Of a DNA stretch of 64,000 bases, positions 10,237-22,947 are shown in pieces. Origin of the DNA: Chrysomallon squamiferum (Eukaryota > Animalia > Mollusca); NCBI GenBank assembly GCA_012295275.1, contig CM022667.1, forward strand, positions 15,438,001 to 15,502,000, in the 5' to 3' direction. Under the pieces are notes generated by a model, which saw nothing but the letters and a program-made list of their open reading frames with translations, had not been told where the DNA came from and ran no database searches. A program made the position numbers and the translations under genes. The number at the start of each line of letters is the position of its first letter. Within the stretch, counting starts at the first letter, position 1.

Positions 10237-11994
10237 TCAAGTAGATGTCGCAGTATCAGCTGTTTCAGTTTCTATAAATAAATAAATAAATAATTAAATG
10301 CAAGAGTGTCGAATAAATAAAAATAGAAATAATGAATAAACAAATAATATTTTGATAAACACAGAAATCTGTCGCTCACTAAAAAATACACTATAATCCT
10401 TATCATCAGTGTCGGAGTTAACAATTCATAATACAGTAGCACAACAACTGTCTTATAATTTTACTAGTACGAAACCATTACAAGCAGTCCAGAATAACTA
10501 ACGAAGAGGCAAACTATCATTATTTCATTTTAAGTAGTTATACCTTCACATCACCTGTCTTTAACATTCTGACACTCGAAAGCGATAATTAATGATAACA
10601 GTGAGAAAATATACCTTTGCTTAATTCTGCTTCTGTTTCTGTCTCTTTCTTTTGTTCCTCGTCAAGTTCAGTGTTCAATTCATTTTCCGCTTTTTTCTCT
10701 TCGCTGGTTTCTTGTTTATCTTCAGCAGCCAGTTCAGACTCCATATCTTTCTCTTCCTTTTCTTCTTTCTCAGATTCCTTTTCCAACTCCTTCGTTATCT
10801 CATCTTCAGCCTTTTTCTCTTCCTCTGCCATTTTCTCTTTGATTTCTTTTTCCATTTTGTCGATGACGTCAGCGGCTTTGTTCAAAGCTTCAGCTTCGTC
10901 AGTTTGTTTGTCTTTGAGGAGGATATCTGCGACTTCTCTGAGCAGACCTGACACATCACCTAATCCCATACTAGATTGTCCATCACCTCCTCCTAATCCC
11001 GAGCTAGATTGTCCATCACCTCCTCCTAATCCCATACCTGATAGTCCATCACCTCCACCTAATCCCATACCTGATAGTCCCCTACCTCCTCCTAATCCCA
11101 TACCTGATAGTCCATCACCACCTCCTAATCCCATACCTGATAGTCCATCACCACCTCCTAATCCCATACCTGAAAGTCCACCACCTCCTCCTAATCCCAG
11201 TCCCATACCTGATAGTTCATCACCTCCTCCTAATCCCAATCCCATACCAGAGAGTTCATCACCTCCTCCTAATCCCAAACCAGATAGTCCATCACCTCCT
11301 CCCAATCCCAATCCCATACCTGATAGTTCATGACCCCCTCCTAATCCCAATCCCATACTAGAGAGTCCATGATCTCCCAGTCCAATAGAGGCATCATCCA
11401 GATCTTTATCACTAGTGAGTAGCGCTAGAAGATCACCAATTTGGTCCGAGTCTATGCTTTTTTTACCATCTAAACGGAGAGAGAGAAATAAAACATATGG
11501 GTCATAACAAAGTGTGAAAATAAAGATTTATTCAAATATGAAGTCAACATAAAAAGTCTGGATTAGGCAATATTCGGAGATAGCATTAACCGTTTAAGTA
11601 TTGTTAAATTTTTCATTATTATACCGATCGAAGAATTAGTAAAAGAAAAAATATATATGCACAACTGATAACAGGAGTGGAAATTTACTTATGTAATAAA
11701 ATATATAGCGAAAATACTATGTACATGTTCGTTTAACGTGCGTTGTTTGGACTCAAGCAGTCTATTTTAGAAATAGTGTTTATTTCTAGATTACAGATTG
11801 TGTATTATGATAAAAATGTTTGAATTTGATTAGAAAAATAATTGACATTATAGATCATTGTAAAAAGTAATTACTATATTTTCCCAGCTTCTTGAATGTA
11901 AGTCTGTGAAATACTTACCATCGCACTCAATAGTGATTCTGTAACTTAGAGTCGTCGCAACCAGAACACTCAAAATTAGGATAAAAGAATTCAT
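10237..11994 (-). CDS. Family G copy 2, intact: exons 11994-11919, 11469-10615, 10271-10237; 321-aa secreted Gly/Met/Leu-rich repeat protein with acidic E/K-rich tail
   Basis: All junctions are GT-AG and phase 1; 76+855+35=966 nt. MNSFILILSVLVATTLS-YRITIECD-DGKKSIDSDQIGDLLALL..., ~13 (M/L)GL(GL)GGGD(G/E)LSG units, then DVSGLLREVADILL...EEEKKAEDEITKELEKE...AELSK-ETETADTATST*. Confidence 0.88.
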
Positions 11995-11998
11995 CTGA

Positions 11999-12073
<75 letters not shown>

Positions 12074-12498
12074 TTATAATAATAATAATAATTTATAATA
12101 ATTACACTAATAGTAGTAATAGTACAGGTACTAGTAGTAGTAGTAGTAGTAGTTTTATAGTAGTAATAATGATAGTAATCGTAGGGATAGTGGTAGTAGT
12201 GGTAGTAGTAGTAGTACTAGTAGTAGTATTCTGTACCTTTACAATTATTTAAAGTAAAAAGTTATATTGAAAGCATCATCAACAAAACGATAATAAATAA
12301 CTATAACTATAGAAACAATATCAATTCATTATACTTAGAACTGCTATCATTATTTTATCTAAATGTGCTAAATATTTCATATTGTCTTTCCGAGAAAATG
12401 TTTTACACATTTTGTACATTACCTACTATTACTGAAAGCCGATACGTCAATTCATTTTTACTAATAAAATATATTGAAACATTCAGAACGTTACTCAC

Positions 12499-12597
12499 CT
12501 TATCTGGTCAAAGCTGTAGAAAAGGTTTGATACATTTTGGCTGTCTATCGCGATCTTATATACTTTAAAACCAGATGTGACCAACGTTCAGACGTCA
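12499..12597 (-). promoter_or_regulatory. G copy 2 promoter (CRE-like 12597-12590, TATATAA 12562-12556, non-coding exon donor at 12499)
   Basis: Same motif set and spacing as the other G copies. Confidence 0.7.
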
Positions 12598-13088
12598 TCA
12601 TTTAATTACCCACTTCTGTCGTACTTATTATAATGACAATGACCATACAATACAAACTTCTTTTACATACGTCATTAGATTAATGTAGATTATAATTAAA
12701 TTACAATGACCAAGTAATGGCGAAACACCTCTGTCTTTTGTTAATAAACGTAACAAAGATGCACATGGTTGAATATCTTGTTATCTCTGTTGGTATCATG
12801 TTTTGTTGTGTCATCTGATTAACTGAGTGATCTTTGTTAACAGAAGAACTGAAATGGTAATTGACTGTGACGACACGTGTTTCATTTTTCTTGTCAAATT
12901 GTGTTTGATTTTAAAAATGTATAGATATTTCTTTAATTTGTGCTGATTGTACCATATATATTGTTACCTTTGGTTATGCTGTTATTGTAATGAAGATAAA
13001 AAATAAATGTTGTGAGTTAGTTTTTGTTTGTTCTGATGTAATGTTAATGGTTTATTGTTATGAAGACCTCGTAAAAGAAGAACGACGA

Positions 13089-13125
<37 letters not shown>

Positions 13126-13163
13126 GCTGCTGCTACTTGTACTACCACTATTACCACTACTAC

Positions 13164-13307
13164 ATGTGGCTGTTAGTAAATATAACTGGTCCAGAGATAG
13201 TTAGTGACCAGGAAGAAATCAAATCCCAGTGGATAAAAAAAGATTTCTCCAGCGGGATACCCTCATTGGAAAACGACAAAACTGGAAACTGTGTTTCAGG
13301 CAGTTTG
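13164..13307 (+). pseudogene. Family A large-exon fragment (duplicate of 6149-6292)
   Basis: WLLVNITGPEIVSDQEEIKSQWIKKDFSSGIPSLENDKTGNCVSG. Confidence 0.75.
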
Positions 13308-13502
13308 TTCATTTTTCAAGACTGACAAATGTCTCCACAGCCAATGTTTAAGCAACTTCGAAGACTGTTCGCATCTAGAAAATATAACAGTCCCGTTGCT
13401 TTCTGTTCTTCATTAACTACGTAGAAGTAATTAATATTTTTCAGTGGTCATAATCTAGTTCTGCCATTATTATTGTTATTATTATTATTGGTGTTGTTGT
13501 TG

Positions 13503-13540
<38 letters not shown>

Positions 13541-14412
13541 TTTGTTATTATAAGTATTATTGTTATCATTATTATTAATATTATTGTTGTAGTATTTGCT
13601 TCTTTATTATTATAATCATAATCATTATTATTACTTTTACTGCTACGACTACTAAATTAATAATTATTATCATTGTTGTTGTTGTTGTTATACTCATATA
13701 TTAATTATTATATATCTTAATATATTTCTATATTTATTACATAAATAAGGAGAGGAATCTACTGATTGCTCAACAACAACTAAAAGATATTCATAAAATA
13801 AATAAATAGATACATAAATAAATAAAAATATTTAACAAAATAGAAACACACTTTGCAAAACATTATTCAATAACACTTTAGTATCAAACGATAGAGAATG
13901 AATTACAATAATATGAACAATTTTTGAACCTTTTATTACAATTTTACGTTCTTCTCATTCAAACTGTATTGTCGCAAAGAATTTTGTTTTACTCTTTATC
14001 TGAAGATTTTTCTTATTGTTTTCTTTATGAGATCTGAATTGTGTAAACTGTTTGAACTGCTGCTGTTTTTGCACAGTGGTGTGATATAGACAGGGTCATT
14101 TCTTCCATTATTAAGTATTTAGTAAGAAAAGGTGCAACAAGCTTTTGTTTTGTTATTCTCGTCTGAGTTCAAATAAGTACTATTCTTTTAAAAACAAAAC
14201 AATGCAGGATATCAATAAATAATGAGCGCAGTCTGTTTTATTCAGGGATACGCATCGCTTTGAAGACTTTGTTGTTTGGCATATAAACATGTTTAGAGAA
14301 ATTTAGTTGGTAAAATACATTTTTAGAACTTTTTTTTTACATCTGTCAATAACACAGTTTAATGTAAATGAGGATTAACGATATTCAGTAAAAAAATACA
14401 TACTCAGTGACG

Positions 14413-14568
14413 ATGATAACGTTGTTAACATTAGCGGTGTCTTTCAAGTTTGTTTGTTCACAGCATTACTGCATTGGTATTGAAATGAACAAAGAAATCA
14501 TAACAAATGAAAACCTTGGTCTAAAATTAAGCAAAATCTATAACACTGCATCTGAGGGAAAATATCAA
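14413..14568 (+). pseudogene. Truncated family A exon 1 (52 codons)
   Basis: MITLLTLAVSFKFVCSQHYCIGIEMNKEIITNENLGLKLSKIYNTASEGKYQ, then the Tc1 relic. Confidence 0.7.
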
Positions 14569-15140
14569 ACTTTTGATGCATGATTACTGTGGTAATATCC
14601 CACCAATTAAAGAAGGCATAAATGATAATGAATGTGTCGAACGTTATAACATTAGGACGTATGCCCTCCACTGGCATAGATCCAGCCTTTACACTGGTGT
14701 CTCATGGAATGAATGGTCCTGTTTGTGTGGGAATGTTACAACTGTTCAGTGACAATGAGTCACCTGTGTGGACGCGTCTTCCTAGCTTATCCATCAGCTG
14801 CTCTATGGGATTCAGGTCTGGAGACACTGCTGGCAGGGCATCACCTCTCGATGACGTAGAGTCAGATAATCAGCACACGCTCTGGAAACATGCACTCAAG
14901 CGTTGCCTTCTTTGAAAATCAGTGTGCGGAATTAAGATTAGTGCGAGGATTTCGTCTGCAATAGACTTTGAAACGCCCGTGGGCAGTTCGCCAGTTGAAT
15001 CTAGATTCATGAGTAAGGAGGACAGTTCTCTACTGATTCTTTGTCCAATGGATACGTCGTCCTGTTCCTTCTGTTACAAAACCTCGTGTCGTATTTGTGA
15101 CGAATATAATCTCATTCTTGTTTTAGCATAAAATCCGGAT
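14569..15140 (-). mobile_element. Tc1 transposase relic (duplicate)
   Basis: Near-identical to 8081-8660; the reverse strand has the SPDLNPIE and HESRFN motifs. Confidence 0.85.
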
Positions 15141-15219
15141 ATCTATGAAACTTTGTTTGAGTAGATATATTTCTGTATGTATGTATGTATGTATGTATGT
15201 ATGTATGTATGTATGTATG

Positions 15220-16750
15220 TACACTAGACATTTTCTTTAGTTGATTTCTGTTGCTAGTGTTTTCGATAGTATAAAATATTAGATCATATGTGTTATATCT
15301 ACAGTCCATTGTTATTTTGTACTGGACTGGAAGTTCACGGGAGAAATTTTATCTAGTACCAGACTGTCATTATGAAATTGTATAGTTGTTGGGGTGGAAT
15401 GTTGATCGAGAAGTCGTATTTTCTCTTAGCTGCATGTTTCTGCACAGTAGCATTTTGTAGTCAACTGCCACATTGCTGGTGAAATTGAGTGTTTAACTTG
15501 ATACGCATTTTGCTTTGTAATTGTACAAATCTTCCAACAATATATTTTCATAATTGGAACTCTGTCATAAGTGAAAAGATTATTTAAATGAATGAATGAA
15601 TGAATGAATAAATAAATAAATAAATAAATAAAGCATATGTCACAATTCAAAACAGATATCAACTATTTGTAAATATTTATTACGACACTACATATAATAG
15701 AAAACATAGTAACAATAGCTCTAATAACAGTACCAGAAGTCGTAGCAATAATAACGTGAACAGCAGCAATAGCAGAAGTAATAACAGATGTTGATATTAT
15801 GCTAGCAGTAGTAGTAATTGTGATGGTGATGATGGTAGTAGATATTGTCATATATTAAATTTAATTTTCTTGTCAAACATTTCCAACATCCAATAAGTAT
15901 TAAACGTAAAGTTATTAGAAATAAGATACACAACAGAAACATTATTATTTACAATGCTATCATTATTATAATTTAATAATAACATAGAATCGGAGTTATC
16001 ACAAAAACAAATGAAATCCATACATTTAAAATATTTAAATCGCAGCACTGGAAAATGTACCCTGCATCAAAATGTCCTATATAGTGCTTGTGTCCAGCTG
16101 ACGTGCTCAACTTCCGAAAACAACGTTGTTGTAGTTCTTCCGTTTTTTATTTTTTTTTATTTTACAAATTGTCGAATAAGAAATCTTTTTGGGACTTAGT
16201 ATTATAATGTCTGCACTGGTTCGCTTTTTACTTTTTTCGTTTTGCTGATGTAGAACTAATTTAAATTTTCTGATGAACAATACCTTCACAATGTCATCCC
16301 GACTCAAAAAGTTGAGTATATACTTCTTCCTGGCCTAGTCTGAGCTGTAGATCAGAGATCTAACTTTACTTGCGCAAAATACTGTCAACATCTTCCGCTG
16401 ACGAAACAGTAGTCAGTTCGTCTGCTTTAGCGTGATCGATCCTAAACAATCCATTACGTTAGGTCAAATGACCGAATCATTTTAATTTGAGACTTTAATA
16501 CTTTTTGTCACATGTCTACAATAGGTAATATCGTTTTCTTCATTTAAACTACTGCAAGTACTATTATTAACAATAAAGCTAACATATCATTCACATAAAA
16601 ATAAAGCTGAAAGTGAATAACAAATTTATGATCTAATAGCTTAAACACATTTCATAAATTTTAAAAGGTAAAACAAATATTTTAAGACACCAGCCTTCGT
16701 TAATACATAAACACAGTATAGAAACAAAACCGAAAATTGTATAACATAAC
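15220..16750. repeat. ~1.5-kb block present three times (here; inverted at 18533-19910 and 33146-34684)
   Basis: Near-identical short shadow ORFs (MTISTTI..., ...FKYFKCMDFICFCDNSD..., KFKLVLHQQ) recur on opposite strands in the three places. Confidence 0.85.
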
Positions 16751-18332
16751 AAAACAGAACAAAAGAAAAGAAAAGCAAACAAAGAGTAACAACCATTTAC
16801 ACACTCTTTACGACAAGCACACCAATAACACAGGCCTCCCCATTCTTCAATGGAACGCTAAAGACCTTCACTCAGCAGGCCACGGAGACGAACTCGTACA
16901 CTTCCTGGCCTCCACTCAAAACACACCAGACGTAATATGCATGCAAAAAACATGGTTAGGACATTACAACAAAAACAACAAAACAACAAAAACCTCCAAG
17001 GTAAAAAGCCCCACAGAATCAACACTCTCGGCAAAAACATCATCGCATTCACCGACAAGCAAAAAGTGGACCTACTCAGCTAAACCTTCGCCAAGTCCAG
17101 CAGCAATTCGAACTTCCCACTGAAATTCGCAAAGAAACCACTGGACAACCAAGCAATCGGCGAACTTTCCGCAGACACAGAAAATATAATCAAATCTTCA
17201 ACATCAGCGAATTAAAAGATGCACTCATGAACAAATTAAGTACAGCCACCGGGCCACATAAAATAAGCTACACAATATTACAACACCTATCAGATGAAAC
17301 ACTACTCATCGTACTCGATCTCTACAACACAATATGGTCCACCGGCAAGATTCCAACAAACTGGCAACACGCCGAATGTTTCAGCTTGCCTAAACCACAC
17401 AAAGATCACTCATTACCCAACAGCTACAGGCCGATCACGCTGACGTCACACATGTGCAAAACACTGGAAACGATGATCAACACTCGCCTGAACCAACATC
17501 TAAACGACAACAATTTAATCAGTAAATATCAAAGCGGCTTCAGGAAGAAACACAGCACAGACGACCAGATCACCTGCCTGCAAACATCCATCAACCAATC
17601 TGTTAGAAAATGAAAAAAAGTCATCGCAGTATTCCTAGACATTGAAAAAGCATTCGACATGGTATGGAGGGAAGGACTGCTCGTCAAATTAATCAACAAC
17701 AACATCAAAGGCAACATGTTCAACTTCATCAAAGACTTCATTAACAACAGAACCATAGCAGTCCAAGTAAACGGTCACACCTCAAAGAAAACGACAATCG
17801 AAAACGGCATCCCACAAGGATCCGTGATCTCGCCAACATCTACATCAACGACATCGTCACAGCACTCGACAAACAAGACAACGCCAAAAATCCACCAAGC
17901 GAACCAATAAACAGCACTCTTTGCAGACGACTGCGCCTTTTGGTGTGCAGGCAGATCGACCGCAGCAATACAGAAACAAATACAAAAAGACTTTAAACAA
18001 CATAAACGACTGGATGTTGAAATGGGGCATAAAGATTTCTCTTTCGAAAACGACATGCCTCCTTTTCAACAAAAAACAGACAACACAGTCACACTAAACA
18101 TCAACAACAGCATCATAATACAAAACAAAACATTCAAATTTCTAGGTGTGACATTCGACAGTCAACTCAACTTCCGATGCCCTATACACAACATAATTGC
18201 ATCCTGCAAAAAAACACTCAATCTTCTAAAGCTAATTTCCGGAACCAGTTGGGGAGCAAACAAGTCAACGCTAATTTTGATACACAAAGCGTGTATTCTC
18301 TCCAAGCTCGACTACGGAGCCACGGCTTACTC
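16751..18332 (+). mobile_element. Degenerate non-LTR retrotransposon (LINE) ORF2: start of APE endonuclease, internal deletion, reverse transcriptase; runs into the gap
   Basis: ILQWNAKDL...PDVICMQKTWL (APE N-terminus); YRPITLTSHMCKTLETMINTRL, QSGFRKKHST, AVFLDIEKAFDMVW, GIPQGSVISP, LFADDCAFW, FKFLGVTFDSQL, LKLISGTSWGA, LDYGATAY. Stops and frameshifts present. Confidence 0.93.
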
Positions 18333-18532
18333 NNNNNNNNNNNNNNNNNNNNNNNNNNNNNNNNNNNNNNNNNNNNNNNNNNNNNNNNNNNNNNNNNNNN
18401 NNNNNNNNNNNNNNNNNNNNNNNNNNNNNNNNNNNNNNNNNNNNNNNNNNNNNNNNNNNNNNNNNNNNNNNNNNNNNNNNNNNNNNNNNNNNNNNNNNNN
18501 NNNNNNNNNNNNNNNNNNNNNNNNNNNNNNNN
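18333..18532. other. Assembly gap (200 N)
   Basis: Run of N; fixed size suggests a scaffolding join of unknown true length. Confidence 0.99.
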
Positions 18533-19969
18533 CTTTATTTTTATGTGAATGATATGTTAGCTTTATTGTTAATAGTAGTACTTGCAGTAGTTTAAATGAA
18601 GAAAACGATATTACCTATTGTAGACATGTGACAAAAAGTATTAAAGTCTCAAATTAAAATGATTCGGTCAGTTGACCTAACGTAATGGATTGTTTAGGAT
18701 CGATCACGCTAAATCAGACGAACTGACTACTGTTTCGTCAGCGGAAGATGTTGACAGTATTTTGCGCATGTAAAGTTAGATTTCTGATCTACATCTCAGA
18801 CTAGGCCAGGAAGAGGTATATACTCACCTTTTGAGTCTGGATGACATTTTGAAGGTATTGTTCATCAGAAAATTTAAATTAGTTCTACATCAGAAAAAGG
18901 AAAAAGTAAAAAGCGAAGCAGTGGAGACATTATAATACTAAGTCCCATAAAGATTTCTTATTCGACAATTTGTAAAATAAAAAAAAAATAAAAACGGAAG
19001 AACTACAACAACGTTGTTTTCGGAAGTTGAGCACGTCAGCTGGACACAAGCACTATATAGGACATTTTGATGCAGGGTACATTTTCCAGTGCTGCGGGAT
19101 TTAAATATTTTAAATGTATGGATTTCATTTGTTTTTGTGATAACTCCGATTCTATGTTATTATTAAATTATAATAATGATAGCATTGTAAATAATAATGT
19201 TTCTGTTGTGTATCTTATTTCTAATAACTTTACGTTTAATACTTATTGGATGTTGGAAATGTTTGACAAGAAAATTAAATTTAATATATGACAATATCTA
19301 CTACCATCATCACCATCACAATTACTACTACTGCTAGCATAATATCAACATCTGTTATTACTTCTGCTATTGCCGCTGTTCACGTTATTATTGCTACGAC
19401 TACTGGTACTGTTATTAGAGCTATTGTTACTATGTTTTCTATTATATGTAGTGTCGTAATAAATATTTACAAATAGCTGATATCTGTTTTGAATTGTGAC
19501 ATATGCTTTATTTATTTATTTATTCATTCATTCGTTCATTCATTTAAATAATCTTTTCACTTATGACAGAGTTCCAATTGTGAAAATATATTGTTGGAAG
19601 ATTTGTACAATTACAAAGCAAAATGCGTATCAAGTTCAACACTCAATTTCACCAGCAATGTGGCAGTTGACTACAAAATGCTACTGTGCAGAAACATGCA
19701 GCTAAGAGAAAATACGACTTCTCGATCAACATTCCACCCCAAGACACTATACAATTTTATAATGACAGTCTGGTACTAGATAAAATTTCTCGTGGAACTT
19801 CCAGTCCAGTACAAAATAACAATGGACTGTAGATATAACACATATGATATAATATTTTATACTATCGAAAACACTAGCAACAGAAATCAACTAAAGAAAA
19901 TGTCTAGTGTATATACATACATACATACATACAGAAATATATCTACTGAAACAAAGTTTCATAGATATC

Positions 19970-20540
19970 CGGGTTTTATGCTAAAACAAGAATGAGATTA
20001 TATTCGTCATAAATACGACACGAGGTTTTGTAACAGAAGGAACAGGACGACGTATCCATTGGACAAAGAATCAGTAGAGAACTGTCCTCCTTACTCATGA
20101 ATCTAGATTCAACTGGCGAACTGCTAACGGGCGTTTCAAAGTCTATCGCAGACGAAATCCTCGCACTAGTCTTAATTCCACTAGTCTTAATTTTCAAAGA
20201 AGGCAACGCTCGAGTGCATGTTTCCAGAGCGTGTGCTGATTATCTGACTCTACGTCATCGAGAGGTGATGCCCTGCCAGCAGTGTCTCCAGACCTGAATC
20301 CCATAGAGCAGCTGATGGATAAGCTAGGAAGACGCGTCCACACAGGTGACTCATTGTCACTGAACAGTTGTAACATTCCCACACAAACAGGACCATTCAT
20401 TCCATGAGACACCAATGTCAAGGCTGGATCTATGCCAGTTGAGGGCATACGTCCTAATGTTATAACGTTCGACACGTTCATTATCATTTATGCCTTCTTT
20501 AATTGGTGGGATATTATCACAGTAATCATGCATCAAAAGT
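19970..20540 (+). mobile_element. Tc1 transposase relic (inverted duplicate)
   Basis: Plus strand: CGA CGT ATC CAT TGG (RRIHW), AGA ACT GTC CTC CTT ACT CAT GAA TCT AGA TTC AAC (RTVLLTHESRFN), FKEGNARVHVSRACADYL, CCA GCA GTG TCT CCA GAC CTG AAT CCC ATA GAG (PAVSPDLNPIE). Confidence 0.88.
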
Positions 20541-20696
20541 TTGATATTTTCCCTCAGATGCAGTGTTATAGATTTTACTTAATTTTAGACGAAGGTTTTC
20601 ATTTGTTATCATTTCTTTGTTCATTTCAATACCAATACAGTAATGCTGTGAACAAACAAACTTGAAAGACACCGCTAATGTTAACAACGTTATCAT
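20541..20696 (-). pseudogene. Truncated family A exon 1 (inverted duplicate)
   Basis: Near-identical reverse complement of 14413-14568, same 156-nt length. Confidence 0.7.
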
Positions 20697-21800
20697 CGTC
20701 ACTGAGTATGTATCTCAGTAAATATGTTTCAGATCTTTCTGTTCTTTTTACCTGTTACAAAACTGAATTTCTTTTAGAATAACAGCGTGTAGTTTCTTCT
20801 AAATTGTAGTCATCAGCTAAATATCTTCCGATCACTAGATAGTGTGTCTCGAAACAAACGATGGTGATAGTTTAATGGATAATAAAAAGTCAATGCAATA
20901 AAGTAAATGAATTTCTCTATATTTCTTGTTGTTTTTCTTTCTTTTCTTTTGTTCTTTCTTAAAACATTACAGGTAAATCAAATGAAGAAATATTAAATTA
21001 TTGTCTGGATGCTACAATAAATTCTAAACTTGCAGCAGATATATATATAAGTGAAAATTCATTGCAAACCTTAAAATGTTACTTTTGATTTTCTTTGATT
21101 TTTTTATTTTTTTTTTACTGAATATCGTTAATCCTCATTTACATTAAACTGTGTTATTGACAGATATAAAAAAAAGTTATAAAAATGTATTTTACCAAGA
21201 CAAACTTTTTGTAAAAATACTCTTCCAAAATAAAAAAGAAAACGAAAAAAAGAAAAAGAAATTTAATTTTAAATCCCTTTAATGTTGTTGTTGTCATAAT
21301 TATTTTTAAGCTAAATTTTACTGAACATGTTTATGTACCAAACAACAAAGTCTTCAAAGCGATACGCATCCCTGAATAAAACAGACTTCGCTCATTATTT
21401 ATTGATATCCTGCATTGTTTTGTATTTATAAGAAAAGTACTTATTTGAACTCAGGCGAAAATGACAAAACAAAAGCTTGTTGAATCTTTTCTTACTAAAT
21501 ACTTAATAATGGAAGAAATGACCCTGTCTATATCACACCACTGTGCAAAAAACAGCAGCAGTTCAAACAGTTTACACAATTCAGATATCATAAAGAAAAC
21601 AATAAGCAAAATCTTCAGATAAAGAGTAAAACAAAATTCCTTGCGACAATATCAAAGTGCAGTTTGAACGAGAAGAACGTAAAATTGTAATAAAAGGTTC
21701 AAAAATTGTTCATATTATTGTAATTCATTCTCTATCGTTTGATATTAAAGTGTTATTGAATAATGTTTTGCAAAGTGTGTTTCTATTTTGTTAAATATTT

Positions 21801-21848
<48 letters not shown>

Positions 21849-22349
21849 TTATTTATTTATTTATTTATTTTATGAATATCTTTTAGTTGTTGTTGAGCAA
21901 TCAGTAGATTCCTCTCCTTATTTATGTAATAAATATAGAAATATATTAAGATATATAATAATTAATATATAAGTGTATAACAACAACAACAACAACAACA
22001 ACAATGATAATAATTATTAATTTAGTAGTCGTAGCAGTAAAAGTAATAATAATGATTATGATTATCATAATAAAGAAGCAAATACTACAACAATAATATT
22101 AATAATAATGATAACAATAATACTTATAATAACAAAAATAATAATAATAATAAAAATAATAACAACAACAATAATAATAACAATAATAATGGTAGAACTA
22201 GATTATGACCACTGAAAAATATTAATTACTTCTACGTAGTTAATGAAGAACAGGAAGCAATGCGTACTATCATATTTTCTAGATGCGAACAGTCTTCGAA
22301 GTTGCTTAAACATTGGCTGTGGAGATATTTGTCAGTCTTGAAAAATGAA

Positions 22350-22493
22350 CAAACTGCCTGAAACACAGTTTCCAGTTTTGTCGTTTTCCAATGAGGGTAT
22401 CCCGCTGGAGAAATCTTTTTTAACCCACTGGGGTTTGATTGCTTCCTGGTCACTAGCTATCTCTGGACCAGTTATATTTACTAACAGCCACAT
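22350..22493 (-). pseudogene. Family A large-exon fragment (inverted duplicate)
   Basis: WLLVNITGPEIASDQEAIKPQWVKKDFSSGIPSLENDKTGNCVSG. Confidence 0.75.
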
Positions 22494-22525
22494 GTAGTAG
22501 TAGTAATAGTGGTAGTACAAGCAGC

Positions 22526-22574
<49 letters not shown>

Positions 22575-22848
22575 ATAGTAGTAGTAGTAGTAGTAGTAGT
22601 AGTAGAAGTAGTATCGTCGTTCTTCTTTTACGAGGTTTTCATAACAATAAACCATCAACATTACATCACAACAAAAAACGAGTAACTCAGAACATTTATT
22701 TTTTATCTTCATTACAATAATAGCATAACCAAAGCCAACAGTCTATGGTATAATCAGCACAAATTAAAGACATATCTAAACATTTTTGTATTGTATTGTG
22801 TGGTCATTGTCATTATAATAAGTACGACAGAAGTTGGTAATTAAATGA

Positions 22849-22947
22849 TGACGTCTGAACGTTGGTCACATCTGGTTTTAAAGTATATAAGATCGCGATA
22901 GACAGCCAAAATGTATCAAACCTTTTTTACAGCTTTGACCAGATAAG
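22849..22947 (+). promoter_or_regulatory. G copy 3 promoter: TGACGTCT 22849-22856, TATATAA 22884-22890, non-coding exon ~22915-22947 with donor gtgagt
   Basis: Motifs read directly. The TSS position is inferred from TATA spacing. Confidence 0.7.

Larger units (their letters stand above)
1190..15175 (+). repeat. Direct tandem segmental duplication: unit 1 ~1190-8695, unit 2 ~8830-15175
   Basis: Colinear near-identical blocks: 3' half of family A (1195 vs 8832), G gene, promoter (5326 vs 12556), exon-3 fragment (6149 vs 13164), exon-1 fragment (7862 vs 14413), Tc1 relic (8081 vs 14569). Boundaries are approximate. Confidence 0.9.
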
